32,000 nucleotides of DNA from contig NZ_LN831039.1 in NCBI RefSeq assembly GCF_001457595.1, positions 1,140,001 to 1,172,000 of the forward strand, written 5' to 3'. Origin of the DNA: Mycolicibacterium smegmatis. GTDB taxonomy: Bacteria; Actinomycetota; Actinomycetes; Mycobacteriales; Mycobacteriaceae. Shown here one piece after another: positions 1 through 8,408 of this stretch (positions are counted from its first letter, which is position 1; each line of letters begins with the position of its first letter). Position numbers and translations under genes: made by a program. The notes below the pieces were generated by a model. That model made no database searches, was not told where the DNA came from, and saw only the letters and a list, made by a program, of their open reading frames with translations.

Positions 1-146
1 CACACGGCCTGCACGTGCACCGCGACGGCGACCTGTCGGTGGAGACCTCGGCCCGCCGGTCGGGCCGCGCGCCCGACGGCTTCGCCGACTACCTGCGCGA
101 ACTCGCCCGCACCCCGGTGCCTGCCGAACTCGGCGCCCCGGCCTGA
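1..146 (+). CDS. 3' end of an unidentified CDS (partial, runs off the left edge)
   Basis: Open frame from the window edge to TGA at 144-146, reading ...HGLHVHRDGDLSVETSARRSGRAPDGFADYLRELARTPVPAELGAPA*. Third positions are G+C rich. A hairpin follows at 169-196. No family recognised. Confidence 0.4.
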   Translation, partial: HGLHVHRDGDLSVETSARRSGRAPDGFADYLRELARTPVPAELGAPA

Positions 147-168
147 TCTCCTGCGCGAGCGGACGGAG

Positions 169-196
169 GTACCCCGCGACGAGGGGTGCGGGGTAC
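169..196. terminator. Hairpin between convergent genes (GTACCCCGC-N10-GCGGGGTAC)
   Basis: Perfect 9-bp inverted repeat between the stop of the partial + strand CDS (146) and the stop of the - strand ligase (217). No U-tract on either strand, which is common in mycobacteria. Confidence 0.4.
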
Positions 197-216
197 TGCC
201 CGTCTGCCGCGCCCGA

Positions 217-1836
217 TCAGCCGACCGCGCGCGCGGCACCCTCCCAGAACTGGGCCCGCACGGCCTTCTTGTCGGGCTTGCCCAGCGCGGTCACGGGCAC
301 CGAGTCGACGACGATCACCTGCTTGGGTGACTGCACCGAACCCTTGCGTTCCTTCACCGACGCCTGGATCTCGGCGGTCAACCGCTCGATGCCCTCCTCG
401 CTGCGGTCGGCGTCGGGACGCAGCACGACCACCGCGGTGACGGCCTCGCCCCACTTCTCGTCGGGCGTGCCGATCACGCACACCTGCGCGACCGAGGGAT
501 GTTCGGCGACAACGTCTTCCACCTCACGCGGGAACACGTTGAAGCCGCCGGTGACGATCATGTCCTTGACCCGGTCGACGATGAACCAGTAGCCGTCCTC
601 GTCCTCGCGGGCCATGTCGCCGGTGTGCAGCCAGCCGTCCTTGAACGTCTCGGCCGTCGCGTCGGGCAGCTTCCAGTACCCGCCGGCCAGCAGCGGGCCG
701 GACACGCAGATCTCGCCGACCTCGCCCTGCGGGACGGGGTTTCCCTCGGGGTCGAGCAGCGCCGTGCGCGCGAACATGGTGGGCCGCCCGCACGAGGTGA
801 GCCGCTTCTCGTCGTGGTCCTTCTTGCCCAGGTACGAGATCACCATCGGGGCCTCGGACTGGCCGTAGTACTGCGCGAAGATCGGGCCGAACCGCTTGAG
901 CGCCTCGGCCAGCCGCACGGGGTTCATCGCCGAGGCGCCGTAGTACACGGTCTCCAGCGACGACAGGTCGCGCGTGTGGGAGTCGGGGTGGTCCAGCAGC
1001 GCGTAGAGCATCGACGGCACCAGCATGGTCGCGGTGATGCGACGTTCTTCGATGACGCGCAGTACCTCGCCAGGATCGAACTTGGGCAGCACGATCATCT
1101 CGCCGCCCTTGACGATCGTCGGCACGAAGAACGCCGCACCGGCGTGCGACAGCGGCGTGCACATCAGGAAGCGGGGGTTCTCGGGCCACTCCCATTCGGC
1201 CAGCTGGATCGTCGTCATGGTGGTGATCGACCGCACCGTGCCCATCACGCCCTTGGGCTTACCAGTGGTTCCGCCGGTGTAGGTGAGCCCGCCGATGTGG
1301 TCGGGCGGCAACTCGGCCGCGACGAGCGGCTTCGCCGGGTACTTGGCGGCCTCGGCGTTCAGATCGGTGGCCACCCCGGCCAGCGCCTCGGGCACGGGCC
1401 CGATGGTCAGGATCTGGCGCAGCGTCGGGACCTTCTCCAGCAGTCCCAGCGCGCGCTCGACGAACGCGGGCGTCGGGTCGATGATCAGCGTCGTGACCTC
1501 GGCGTCGGACAGCACGTAGGCGTGGTCGTCGAGGGAACCCAGCGGGTGCAGCGCCGTGCGCCGGTAACCCTGCGTCTGCCCCGCTCCGATGATCATCAGC
1601 ACCTCGGGCCGGTTCAGCGACAGCAGGCCGACGCCCTCGCCGGAACCCGCACCGAGCGCCTCGAACGCCTGGATGTACTGGCTGATGCGGTCGGCGAGTT
1701 CACCGCCGGTCAGCGTGGTGTCGCCGAGGAACAGCACCGGCTTGTCCCGGTTGCGTTTGAGCGCTGCCACGGTCAGGTGGCCGGAGTGAGTGGGGTGACG
1801 CAGCAGATCGGGCGAGGAGCTTTTCACCTGGGTCAT
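217..1836 (-). CDS. fadD: Acyl-CoA synthetase / fatty-acid-CoA ligase (AMP-binding family, Rv0551c FadD8-like by synteny)
   Basis: AMP-binding motif LTYTGGTTGKPKGV and a typical adenylate-forming C-terminus (GWLHTGD...DRVKDMIVTGGFNVFPREVE). I place the start at the internal ATG at 1836 (MTQVKSS...), not at the track start of 1932. It sits next to the men genes as in M. tuberculosis. Confidence 0.9.
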   Translation of the reverse strand: MTQVKSSSPDLLRHPTHSGHLTVAALKRNRDKPVLFLGDTTLTGGELADRISQYIQAFEALGAGSGEGVGLLSLNRPEVLMIIGAGQTQGYRRTALHPLGSLDDHAYVLSDAEVTTLIIDPTPAFVERALGLLEKVPTLRQILTIGPVPEALAGVATDLNAEAAKYPAKPLVAAELPPDHIGGLTYTGGTTGKPKGVMGTVRSITTMTTIQLAEWEWPENPRFLMCTPLSHAGAAFFVPTIVKGGEMIVLPKFDPGEVLRVIEERRITATMLVPSMLYALLDHPDSHTRDLSSLETVYYGASAMNPVRLAEALKRFGPIFAQYYGQSEAPMVISYLGKKDHDEKRLTSCGRPTMFARTALLDPEGNPVPQGEVGEICVSGPLLAGGYWKLPDATAETFKDGWLHTGDMAREDEDGYWFIVDRVKDMIVTGGFNVFPREVEDVVAEHPSVAQVCVIGTPDEKWGEAVTAVVVLRPDADRSEEGIERLTAEIQASVKERKGSVQSPKQVIVVDSVPVTALGKPDKKAVRAQFWEGAARAVG

Positions 1837-1979
1837 GCAGTCCAGACTAGAACGTGTTCCAGAAATGGTGCAGTCGATCCCCCTGAACTCGGGCCGAGGC
1901 GCACAAAGCAGGTAGTCCGCTACGCATGTCACCCCTGGTCGACCTCCCTAACGTCACACATGAACAAGGAGGCACGAAC

Positions 1980-2204
1980 ATGGCGACCACCGACCGCCGG
2001 TATCCGGCGATCACCCTCTACGACGCGGCACTGTGCGCGGTGTTCGGCGCGCTGGTGTCCGCCGCGTTGACACTGGCGGTCCAGGACACCTCGTGGACCC
2101 ACGGCGCGACGGCGTGCGCGCAGCCGATCACCACCGGAACGCACGACACCGTCGTGCACCCGGGCGGCGTCATCGCCGTGACCAACGACCCGTGCCACCC
2201 ATGA
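1980..2204 (+). CDS. Small hypothetical membrane-anchored protein (74 aa)
   Basis: ATG at 1980 lies 8 nt after a strong SD (AAGGAGG). Third positions are G+C rich. One hydrophobic helix (AALCAVFGALVSAALTLAV) and 3 Cys in the tail. No family recognised. Confidence 0.5.
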   Translation: MATTDRRYPAITLYDAALCAVFGALVSAALTLAVQDTSWTHGATACAQPITTGTHDTVVHPGGVIAVTNDPCHP

Positions 2205-2259
2205 CGGGTGGGGGCTTCCCGGCGGTTGAGGGGTCCGCCGGGGAGCCGCCCACAAACGT

Positions 2260-2712
2260 TCAACGTGCCGCGACCGCCCGCGCGTCGGCGGCCGCTTTCT
2301 CCGCCAGTTCGACGCGCCACTGGATCTCACGCTGAACCCACTCGTTGTCCTGCGGGAACTCCTCGACGTCGGCGATACGCCGCACCTCCAGTGTCACGCC
2401 GGTGCCCAGCGGGCACTTCGCCGCCCACTTCTTGGCCTCGTCCTTGGACGGCACGTCGATGATCCAGAACCCGTCGAAACGCGCGGTGGGGTAGGGGCCG
2501 TCGGTGACCGTGGGGTCGTCGGTGCCGAAGTCGACGACGAAACCCTCCTCCGGGTCGGTCAGGCCCTCACCGGCCACCATCACCCCGGCCTTGATGAGTT
2601 CTTCGTTGTAGCGGCCCATTTCGGCGATGATCTCGTCGAAGTCGATGTCCTGTTCGGCCAGGGCGGCCTCGGCCTCGGGGGTGGACCGCATGATCATCAT
2701 GTAGCGCGACAT
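2260..2712 (-). CDS. YciI-family (DGPF domain) protein
   Basis: MSRYMMIMRS... with TDGPYP...FDGFWIIDVPSKDEAKKWAAKCP, typical of the YCII/DGPF superfamily. I use the internal ATG at 2712, not the track start of 2805. Confidence 0.8.
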   Translation of the reverse strand: MSRYMMIMRSTPEAEAALAEQDIDFDEIIAEMGRYNEELIKAGVMVAGEGLTDPEEGFVVDFGTDDPTVTDGPYPTARFDGFWIIDVPSKDEAKKWAAKCPLGTGVTLEVRRIADVEEFPQDNEWVQREIQWRVELAEKAAADARAVAAR

Positions 2713-2737
2713 TGTTCGGGTTCCCTTCGTCAGAGCG

Positions 2738-2751
2738 TGTGAGGTCTCACA
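2738..2751. promoter_or_regulatory. 14-bp palindrome TGTGAG-GT-CTCACA in a divergent intergenic region
   Basis: Perfect 6-bp arms, 26 nt upstream of the YciI-like start codon on the other strand. The TCTCA core recurs in the neighbouring tandem repeats. Confidence 0.3.
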
Positions 2752-2773
2752 GGATCGACTCGGCCCGCGCGCA

Positions 2774-2809
2774 TTTCTCATCGCAGTTCTCATGCGGTTT
2801 CTCATGCGG
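2774..2809. repeat. 3 x 12-bp tandem direct repeat (TTTCTCATCGCA / GTTCTCATGCGG / TTTCTCATGCGG)
   Basis: Read directly. It lies in the divergent promoter region between the YciI-like gene (-) and the 388-aa gene (+). Confidence 0.7.
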
Positions 2810-2841
2810 GGATCAGAGACGCCTTAGATCTCACCCGCAGC

Positions 2842-4008
2842 ATGTCGATCATGAAACGTGCGCTGGCGTTGGCGGTCGTCGTCATCGGAACCCTCGCAGG
2901 CATGTTCGTGGGGTCACGCGTGATGAACTCGCCCATGGTGAGCGCAAGTCCCGTCGTCGCCTACACCGCGGTGCGCGGCCACGACGCGGTCCTGGTCGCC
3001 TATGAACGCGTGGGTGGGCAGATCCCGGTACCGTTCGGCCGCGACGACCAATGGCAGGAGCGTGTGGCCGCCTACTCCCTGGACACCGGGGAACTGTTGT
3101 GGGACAACAAGTTGCACGGTCACTCCCGAGCGGCGCGCGGAGTGCTCGCCGTGGCCGACGGCAAGGCGTACGTGGCCACCGACTTCGGATTGTCCATCGT
3201 GGACACCGAGACCGGTGAGATAATCGCCGACCGCGACCGCATCGACGGGCTCGGCGCCGACTATGCCGAGGCGTACGCGGCCTACGAGGTCGACCCGCGC
3301 CTCGATGCCGTGGTGGCGCTGACCCGCTCCGGGGCGGTGATGCAGATCCCGTTGGGTTCGATTCGGGCGCACAACGTTCCCGACGCGGTCGCCGCCGACT
3401 GGCGCGACGCCCTGCTCGACGAGTGGTCGGTGATCCTGGGGCCGACGTTCTCCACCAGCAACGTGGACCCGGCCGGCATGCCACGCACCGCGACCCTGCC
3501 CGACGGCAGCACCTTCACGTTCGCCAGGCCGTACAACACCGAGAGGGCGCAACTGATGCGCGACGGCAACATCGTCGCCAACATCACCGATCTCGAGCGG
3601 GCGCAGATCGCCTACGAAATCGTCCGCACGCCGGCGCCTCTTGCCTCTCCTGAACAACGCCGTGAGCGCCTCGACCGGACCAGGCACCACTCGTCGGCCG
3701 CGCTGCTCGGTGTCGCCGACGGGGTGGCGCTGGTGTACGGCGACCGCAGTGGTCAACCCGGCGCCGAGGAACTTCGGCTGTACGACCTCGACACCGGCGA
3801 CGTCCTGGCCACGGTCGACGACTTCGGCGGATACGTGCGGGCCACGGCCGCGCCGAAAGAGCGCATCGTCGTGATCGGCGCCGCGGAGGATTCCGGGCTG
3901 GACGACGACCGACTGATCATCTTCCGCGCCGACGGCAGAACCACGATCACCACGGTGGGCGACACGGATTTCTGGGGACGGCCACGCACTTCGGTCGCCA
4001 CGCCTTAA
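2842..4008 (+). CDS. Hypothetical membrane-anchored/exported protein (388 aa)
   Basis: N-terminal hydrophobic anchor MKRALALAVVVIGTLAGMFVG. A segment LWDNKLHG...VADGKAYVATDFGLSIVDTETGEII resembles PQQ-like beta-propeller repeats. The start could instead be the ATG at 2851. Coding-like codon bias. Confidence 0.6.
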   Translation: MSIMKRALALAVVVIGTLAGMFVGSRVMNSPMVSASPVVAYTAVRGHDAVLVAYERVGGQIPVPFGRDDQWQERVAAYSLDTGELLWDNKLHGHSRAARGVLAVADGKAYVATDFGLSIVDTETGEIIADRDRIDGLGADYAEAYAAYEVDPRLDAVVALTRSGAVMQIPLGSIRAHNVPDAVAADWRDALLDEWSVILGPTFSTSNVDPAGMPRTATLPDGSTFTFARPYNTERAQLMRDGNIVANITDLERAQIAYEIVRTPAPLASPEQRRERLDRTRHHSSAALLGVADGVALVYGDRSGQPGAEELRLYDLDTGDVLATVDDFGGYVRATAAPKERIVVIGAAEDSGLDDDRLIIFRADGRTTITTVGDTDFWGRPRTSVATP

Positions 4009-4017
4009 CATCCCGGC

Positions 4018-5628
4018 ATGCCTGCAGCCGATCTCGTTTTTTACGGCACCGTCATGACGGTGGACCCCGCCCGGCCCACGGCCGAGGCGCTCGCGGTGTC
4101 GGGCGGGCAGATCGTCGCCGTCGGCGACCGCGCCGACGTGGCGCAGTGGGTAGGCCCCGACACCGACGTGCGAGAGCTCGGAAATTCCTGTGTGGCACCG
4201 GGGTTCGTCGAGGCGCACGGTCATCCGTTGATGGAGGCCGTCGCGGTGTCCGACCGCATCGTCGACATCCGGCCGGTCACCCTCGGCACGGCCGACGCCG
4301 TCGTCGACGCCATCCACGCCGAGGTTGCCAAACGCGGTGCGGCAGGCGCATATCTGAACGGCTGGGATCCGTTGCTGCAAACCGGCCTGCCGGAGCCGAC
4401 ACTGGCGTGGCTCGACGGCATCGCACCCGAACACCCGTTGGTGATCCTGCACAACTCCGGGCACAAGGCGTTCTTCAACTCCGCGGCCGCACGCGCGGCG
4501 GGACTCACGCGTGACACGCCGGATCCCAAGGGCGCCAAGTACGGTCGGGACGCCAACGGCGACCTCGACGGCACGGCCGAGGAAAGCGCGGCCGTGTTCA
4601 CCCTGCTGGGCGGCGCGATCTCGGTCGCCGATTACCCGGCCATGCTGCGCGCCGAGTGCGCCCGCCTCAACCGTGCCGGGCTCACGACGTGTTCGGAGAT
4701 GGCGTTCGACCCGATGTTCCGCCCGCTGCTGGCGAATCTGCACGATCACCTGACCGTCCGGTTGCGCACCTACGAGATGTCCACCGCAGCACTGCACACC
4801 GATGCGCAACCGTTCGAGGGCGACGACGTGGTGCGCCAGGTCGGCATCAAGATCTGGGTCGACGGGTCACCGTGGATCGGCAACATCGACCTCACCTTCC
4901 CGTACCTGGACACCGACGCGACCCGGACCATCGGCGTCGTCCCCGGCTCGTGCGGACACGCCAACTACACCCCTGAGCAGCTCGCCGAGATCGTCGACAC
5001 GTACTACCCGCAGGGCTGGCAGATGGCGTGCCACGTGCACGGCGACGCCGGCGTCGACACCATCCTCGACGTGTACGAGAAGGCGTTGCGACGCTGGCCG
5101 CGCGACGATCACCGTCTGCGCCTCGAACACGTCGGGGCGATCACGCCCGAGCAGTTGCAGCGGGCCCACGATCTCGGGGTCACGTGCAGCCTGTTTGTCG
5201 ACCAGATCCATTACTGGGGCGACATCATCGTCGACGGCCTGTTCGGTGCGGAACGCGGCGAGCGCTGGATGCCCGTCGGCTCGGCCGTCGCCACCGGCAT
5301 GCGCGTCTCACTGCACAACGACCCACCCGTCACACCCGAGGAACCGCTGCGCAACATCGCGGTCGCTGCGACCCGCACCGCACCCAGCGGCCGCGTGCTG
5401 GCACCCGAGCAGCGCATCACCGTCGAGCAGGCGATCCGTGCGCAGACCATCGACGCGGCATGGCAGCTGTTCTCCGACGACGTCATCGGCTCACTCGAGG
5501 TCGGCAAGTACGCCGATCTCGTGGTGCTGTCCGCCGACCCGCGCGCCACCGAACCCGCCCGCATCGCCGATCTCGACGTGCAGGCCACGTTCCTGGCCGG
5601 CCGGCAGGTGTATCCGGCGCTCGGCTGA
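4018..5628 (+). CDS. Amidohydrolase-family metal-dependent hydrolase (Rv0552-like, YtcJ/amidohydrolase_3 type)
   Basis: 536 aa with APGFVEAHGHP (metal-binding HxH) and later HVHGD and LHNDPP motifs. It occupies the same position as Rv0552, upstream of menC. Confidence 0.85.
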   Translation: MPAADLVFYGTVMTVDPARPTAEALAVSGGQIVAVGDRADVAQWVGPDTDVRELGNSCVAPGFVEAHGHPLMEAVAVSDRIVDIRPVTLGTADAVVDAIHAEVAKRGAAGAYLNGWDPLLQTGLPEPTLAWLDGIAPEHPLVILHNSGHKAFFNSAAARAAGLTRDTPDPKGAKYGRDANGDLDGTAEESAAVFTLLGGAISVADYPAMLRAECARLNRAGLTTCSEMAFDPMFRPLLANLHDHLTVRLRTYEMSTAALHTDAQPFEGDDVVRQVGIKIWVDGSPWIGNIDLTFPYLDTDATRTIGVVPGSCGHANYTPEQLAEIVDTYYPQGWQMACHVHGDAGVDTILDVYEKALRRWPRDDHRLRLEHVGAITPEQLQRAHDLGVTCSLFVDQIHYWGDIIVDGLFGAERGERWMPVGSAVATGMRVSLHNDPPVTPEEPLRNIAVAATRTAPSGRVLAPEQRITVEQAIRAQTIDAAWQLFSDDVIGSLEVGKYADLVVLSADPRATEPARIADLDVQATFLAGRQVYPALG

Positions 5629-5648
5629 CCACGGTGCATGATTGACCC

Positions 5649-6614
5649 GTGACCAACGGCGTTCCGGCACTCGACGACATCCTGGAACGCCTGCATGTGG
5701 TGGCCCTGCCCATGCGGGTCAGGTTCCGCGGCATCACCGTGCGCGAACTCGCACTGATCGACGGGCCCGCAGGCTGGGGCGAGTTCGGGGCGTTCGTCGA
5801 ATACGAGCCGCCTGAGGCCGCGGCCTGGCTGTCCTCGGCACTGGAAGCCGCGTATCGCCCCGCACCCGCCGCCCTCCGCGACCGCGTGCCGATCAATGCC
5901 ACGGTGCCCGCCGTGTCCGCCGAACGCGTACCCGAGGTGCTCGCGCGGTTCCCCGGTGCGCGCACCGCCAAGGTCAAGGTCGCCGAACCCGGCCAGAGCC
6001 TGGCCGACGACGTCGCGCGGGTCAACGCCGTGCGCGAGTCGGTGCCCGTCGTGCGTGTCGACGCCAACGGCGGGTGGAGCGTGGACGACGCCGTCGAAGC
6101 GGCTGCCGCGCTGACCGCCGACGGCGAGCTCGAATATCTCGAACAGCCCTGCGCCACAGTCGAAGAGCTCGCCGCACTGCGCGCCCGGGTCGACGTGCCG
6201 ATCGCGGCCGACGAATCGATCCGCAAGGCCGAGGATCCCCTGCGGGTGGTCCGCGCGCATGCGGCCGACATCGCGGTGCTCAAGGTCGCGCCACTCGGTG
6301 GTGTGGCGCGCATGCTCGACATCGCCGCACAGATCGACATCCCGATCGTGGTGTCGAGCGCACTCGATTCATCGGTGGGCATAGGCCGTGGCCTGCTCGC
6401 CGCGGCCGCGCTACCCGAACTGCGGCACGCGTGCGGGCTGGGCACCGGCGGACTGTTCGTCGACGACGTCGCAGAACCCCGCGTTCCGGTCGACGGGTGC
6501 CTGGCCGTCGAACCCGCGGTGCCCGATCCGGCCCGCTTGGCTGCGCTCGCCGCACCCGAACCGCGTCGGCAATGGTGGATCGACCGGGTGTGTGCCTGCC
6601 ACGCCCTGATCTGA
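5649..6614 (+). CDS. menC: o-Succinylbenzoate synthase
   Basis: Near-colinear with M. tuberculosis MenC as I recall it (ALPMRVRFRGIT, VPINATVPAV, RTAKVKVAEPGQSLADD, VRVDANGGW, EYLEQPCATV, IAADESIRKAEDP, VLKVAPLGG). GTG start. Confidence 0.95.
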   Translation: MTNGVPALDDILERLHVVALPMRVRFRGITVRELALIDGPAGWGEFGAFVEYEPPEAAAWLSSALEAAYRPAPAALRDRVPINATVPAVSAERVPEVLARFPGARTAKVKVAEPGQSLADDVARVNAVRESVPVVRVDANGGWSVDDAVEAAAALTADGELEYLEQPCATVEELAALRARVDVPIAADESIRKAEDPLRVVRAHAADIAVLKVAPLGGVARMLDIAAQIDIPIVVSSALDSSVGIGRGLLAAAALPELRHACGLGTGGLFVDDVAEPRVPVDGCLAVEPAVPDPARLAALAAPEPRRQWWIDRVCACHALI

Positions 6615-6648
6615 CGGGCACGCTTCGGATCCCAGTACCGCGCCACGG

Positions 6649-6713
6649 TTCCGCCGTTTGTAACGCCAGGGCGGAAAAATGCCCGATTCTCCGCCGTGGC
6701 GTTACGCACGCGA
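6649..6713. repeat. Hairpin-forming intergenic repeat, copy 1
   Basis: TTCCGCCGTTTGTAACGCCAGGGCGG-aaaaatgcccgattct-CCGCCGTGGCGTTACGCACGCGA. The stem GTAACGCCAGGGCGG/CCGCCGTGGCGTTAC pairs at 14 of 15 positions. Confidence 0.8.
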
Positions 6714-6750
6714 GGTCTTGACGGGCTCCGCCCCTTCCTGCCGTGTTGGC

Positions 6751-6816
6751 TTTCCGCCGTTTGTAACACCAGGGCGAAAAAACGCCCGAATTTCCGCCGT
6801 GGCGTTACGCACGCGA
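6751..6816. repeat. Hairpin-forming intergenic repeat, copy 2
   Basis: Nearly identical to copy 1, about 100 bp downstream. It contains an inner hairpin GGGCG-aaaaaa-CGCCC. Confidence 0.8.
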
Positions 6817-6970
6817 ACGCGCCCCGAAATCTAAGTAGTGCACTACGGTCGCCGGGCTTGCGGACGCGGTCAGAGACTGCACGTATGACGGAAATCGGTG
6901 GACCACAGGGCACCTCGGGCCCGATCCACCCCGCAGACTTCGAGGGGACCCACCCGACAAAGGAAGAGCG

Positions 6971-7162
6971 ATGGCAATGTCACGACTGGTAGCCGCCGCA
7001 CTGACGGCCGCAGCAGCTGTCGCCTTCGCCCCGACCGCCGCCGCCAACCCCGCCCACGATGTTCTGTGCTTCACCAACCCGGCCTTCGCGAACGGTCATT
7101 CATCGGAATGCTCGGACGCCAAGAACCCGCTGGGTGACGAGCCCAACATCGACGTCCTGTAA
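6971..7162 (+). CDS. Small secreted protein (63 aa)
   Basis: Signal-peptide-like N-terminus MAMSRLVAAALTAAAAVAFAPTAAA/NP. The mature part has 2 Cys. Purine-rich SD (AAGGAAG) upstream. No family recognised. Confidence 0.5.
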   Translation: MAMSRLVAAALTAAAAVAFAPTAAANPAHDVLCFTNPAFANGHSSECSDAKNPLGDEPNIDVL

Positions 7163-7226
7163 GGCAAACCCATTCGGGTAGACGCCTACTCTATTGACCT
7201 GCCCCGGCGCGGAGCACACTCACACA

Positions 7227-8373
7227 ATGAGTGGATTTCGCGTCGGGGTCAGCGACGGGGTGGTCGTCTCCCGTCCCACCGCGGACGCGTTCACCCGATC
7301 GAACTATCTGTCCGCAGTGGCTGCCGGAGTCGACTCGTTCTGGGTTCCTGATCACCTGAACAGCCTCTTCCCGCGCACCTTGTGGAACCCAAAGAACTCC
7401 GGCGCAGCGAAACTCGCGCCGTCCATCGACGCGGTCATGGAGCCGTGGACGATGCTCGGACACCTCGCGGCCCGCAACCGAGTCGCGCGTCTGCGACTGG
7501 GCATCGGCGTCACCGACAGCGGACGACGCAATCCGGCGGTCACGGCGCAGGCCGCGGCGACGCTTCACCTGCTGACGAAAGGGCGCGCGATCCTCGGGAT
7601 CGGCACCGGTGAACGCGAGGGCAACGAACCCTACGGTGTCGACTGGTCCAAGCCGGTGGCCCGGTTCGAGGAGGCGATGGCCACCCATCCGCGCGCTGTG
7701 GGATTCCAAAGGCGAGTTGGTGAACCGTGATTCGCCGTTCTTCCCGCTGCGCAACGCGCTCTTCGATCTACCGCCGTACCGCGGCACGTGGCCTCAGATC
7801 TGGATCGCGGCGCACGGACCACGGATGCTGCGCGTGGTGGGCCGCTATGCCGACGCCTACTTCCCGGCCTTCCCGCACCGCCCGGCCGATTACAAACAGC
7901 GTCTCGATCTGATACGCGATGCGGCGTCGAACGCCGGTCGCGATCCCGGCGACATCCTTCCGGCCGTGGAACTCTTCGTGGTCACGGGGCGCACCCGCGA
8001 CGAGGTCGACGCGGCTCTCGAGTCCCCGTTGGTCCGGTCGTTCGGACTGTCGATCGCCGACGAGCACTTTGTGCGCCATGGCACACAGCATCCACTGGGA
8101 GAGGGATTCTCCGGCGCCCAGGACATCCTGCCGCAGCAGTTCGACGAACAGACTGCGCTGGAGCATGCGGCGCGCGTACCGGTGTCACTTCTGAAAGAGG
8201 TCCTGGTGACAGGGACTTCCGACGACATCGTCGACCAGGTGGCCGAACGGCGGGATTGCGGTGTGCGGTACGCGGTGCTCGCGAACATCACCCCGTTGCA
8301 GACCAGCCTGCGCAAGGGTCTCGCGGCAAGCGGACCGTTCCTGAAAGCGCTGCGCAAACTCAAGAAACTCTGA
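7227..8373 (+). pseudogene. LLM-class F420-dependent oxidoreductase (Rv2951c-like), interrupted by a +1 frameshift
   Basis: Two ORFs in different frames (7194..7730 and 7609..8373) together give one luciferase-like monooxygenase protein. Frame A reads ...[12 protein letters not shown] then nonsense (HPRAVGFQ...*). Frame B resumes [33 protein letters not shown]. Removing one C from the CCC run at 7684-7686 restores ...EEAMATIRALW. Confidence 0.8.
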
Positions 8374-8408
8374 ATGTCCTGATATGTGGGATGCGTGGCG
8401 TAGACGCC

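Noticed and set aside
499-2070. 523-aa + strand ORF overlapping the fadD-like gene. Similar long antisense or out-of-frame ORFs lie at 2914..4809(-), 5211..6260(-), 5483..6913(-), 7890..10007(-), 8525..10168(+), 11106..12536(-), 14520..15947(-), 18060..18764(-), 24861..26075(-), 28862..29752(-) and 30485..31489(-).
   Set aside because: Their translations are Arg/Gly/Pro/Ala-rich low-complexity sequence with no motifs. Each lies opposite or out of frame to a gene with clear family signatures. This is the expected artefact of stop-codon scarcity at about 68 percent G+C.
6647-6817. Possible CRISPR array or MIRU-type VNTR.
   Set aside because: There are only two copies. Each is itself a long hairpin. 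The interval between copies is about 37 bp, and no cas genes are present. The periodicity and structure do not fit CRISPR, so it is more consistent with a REP/MITE-like element.
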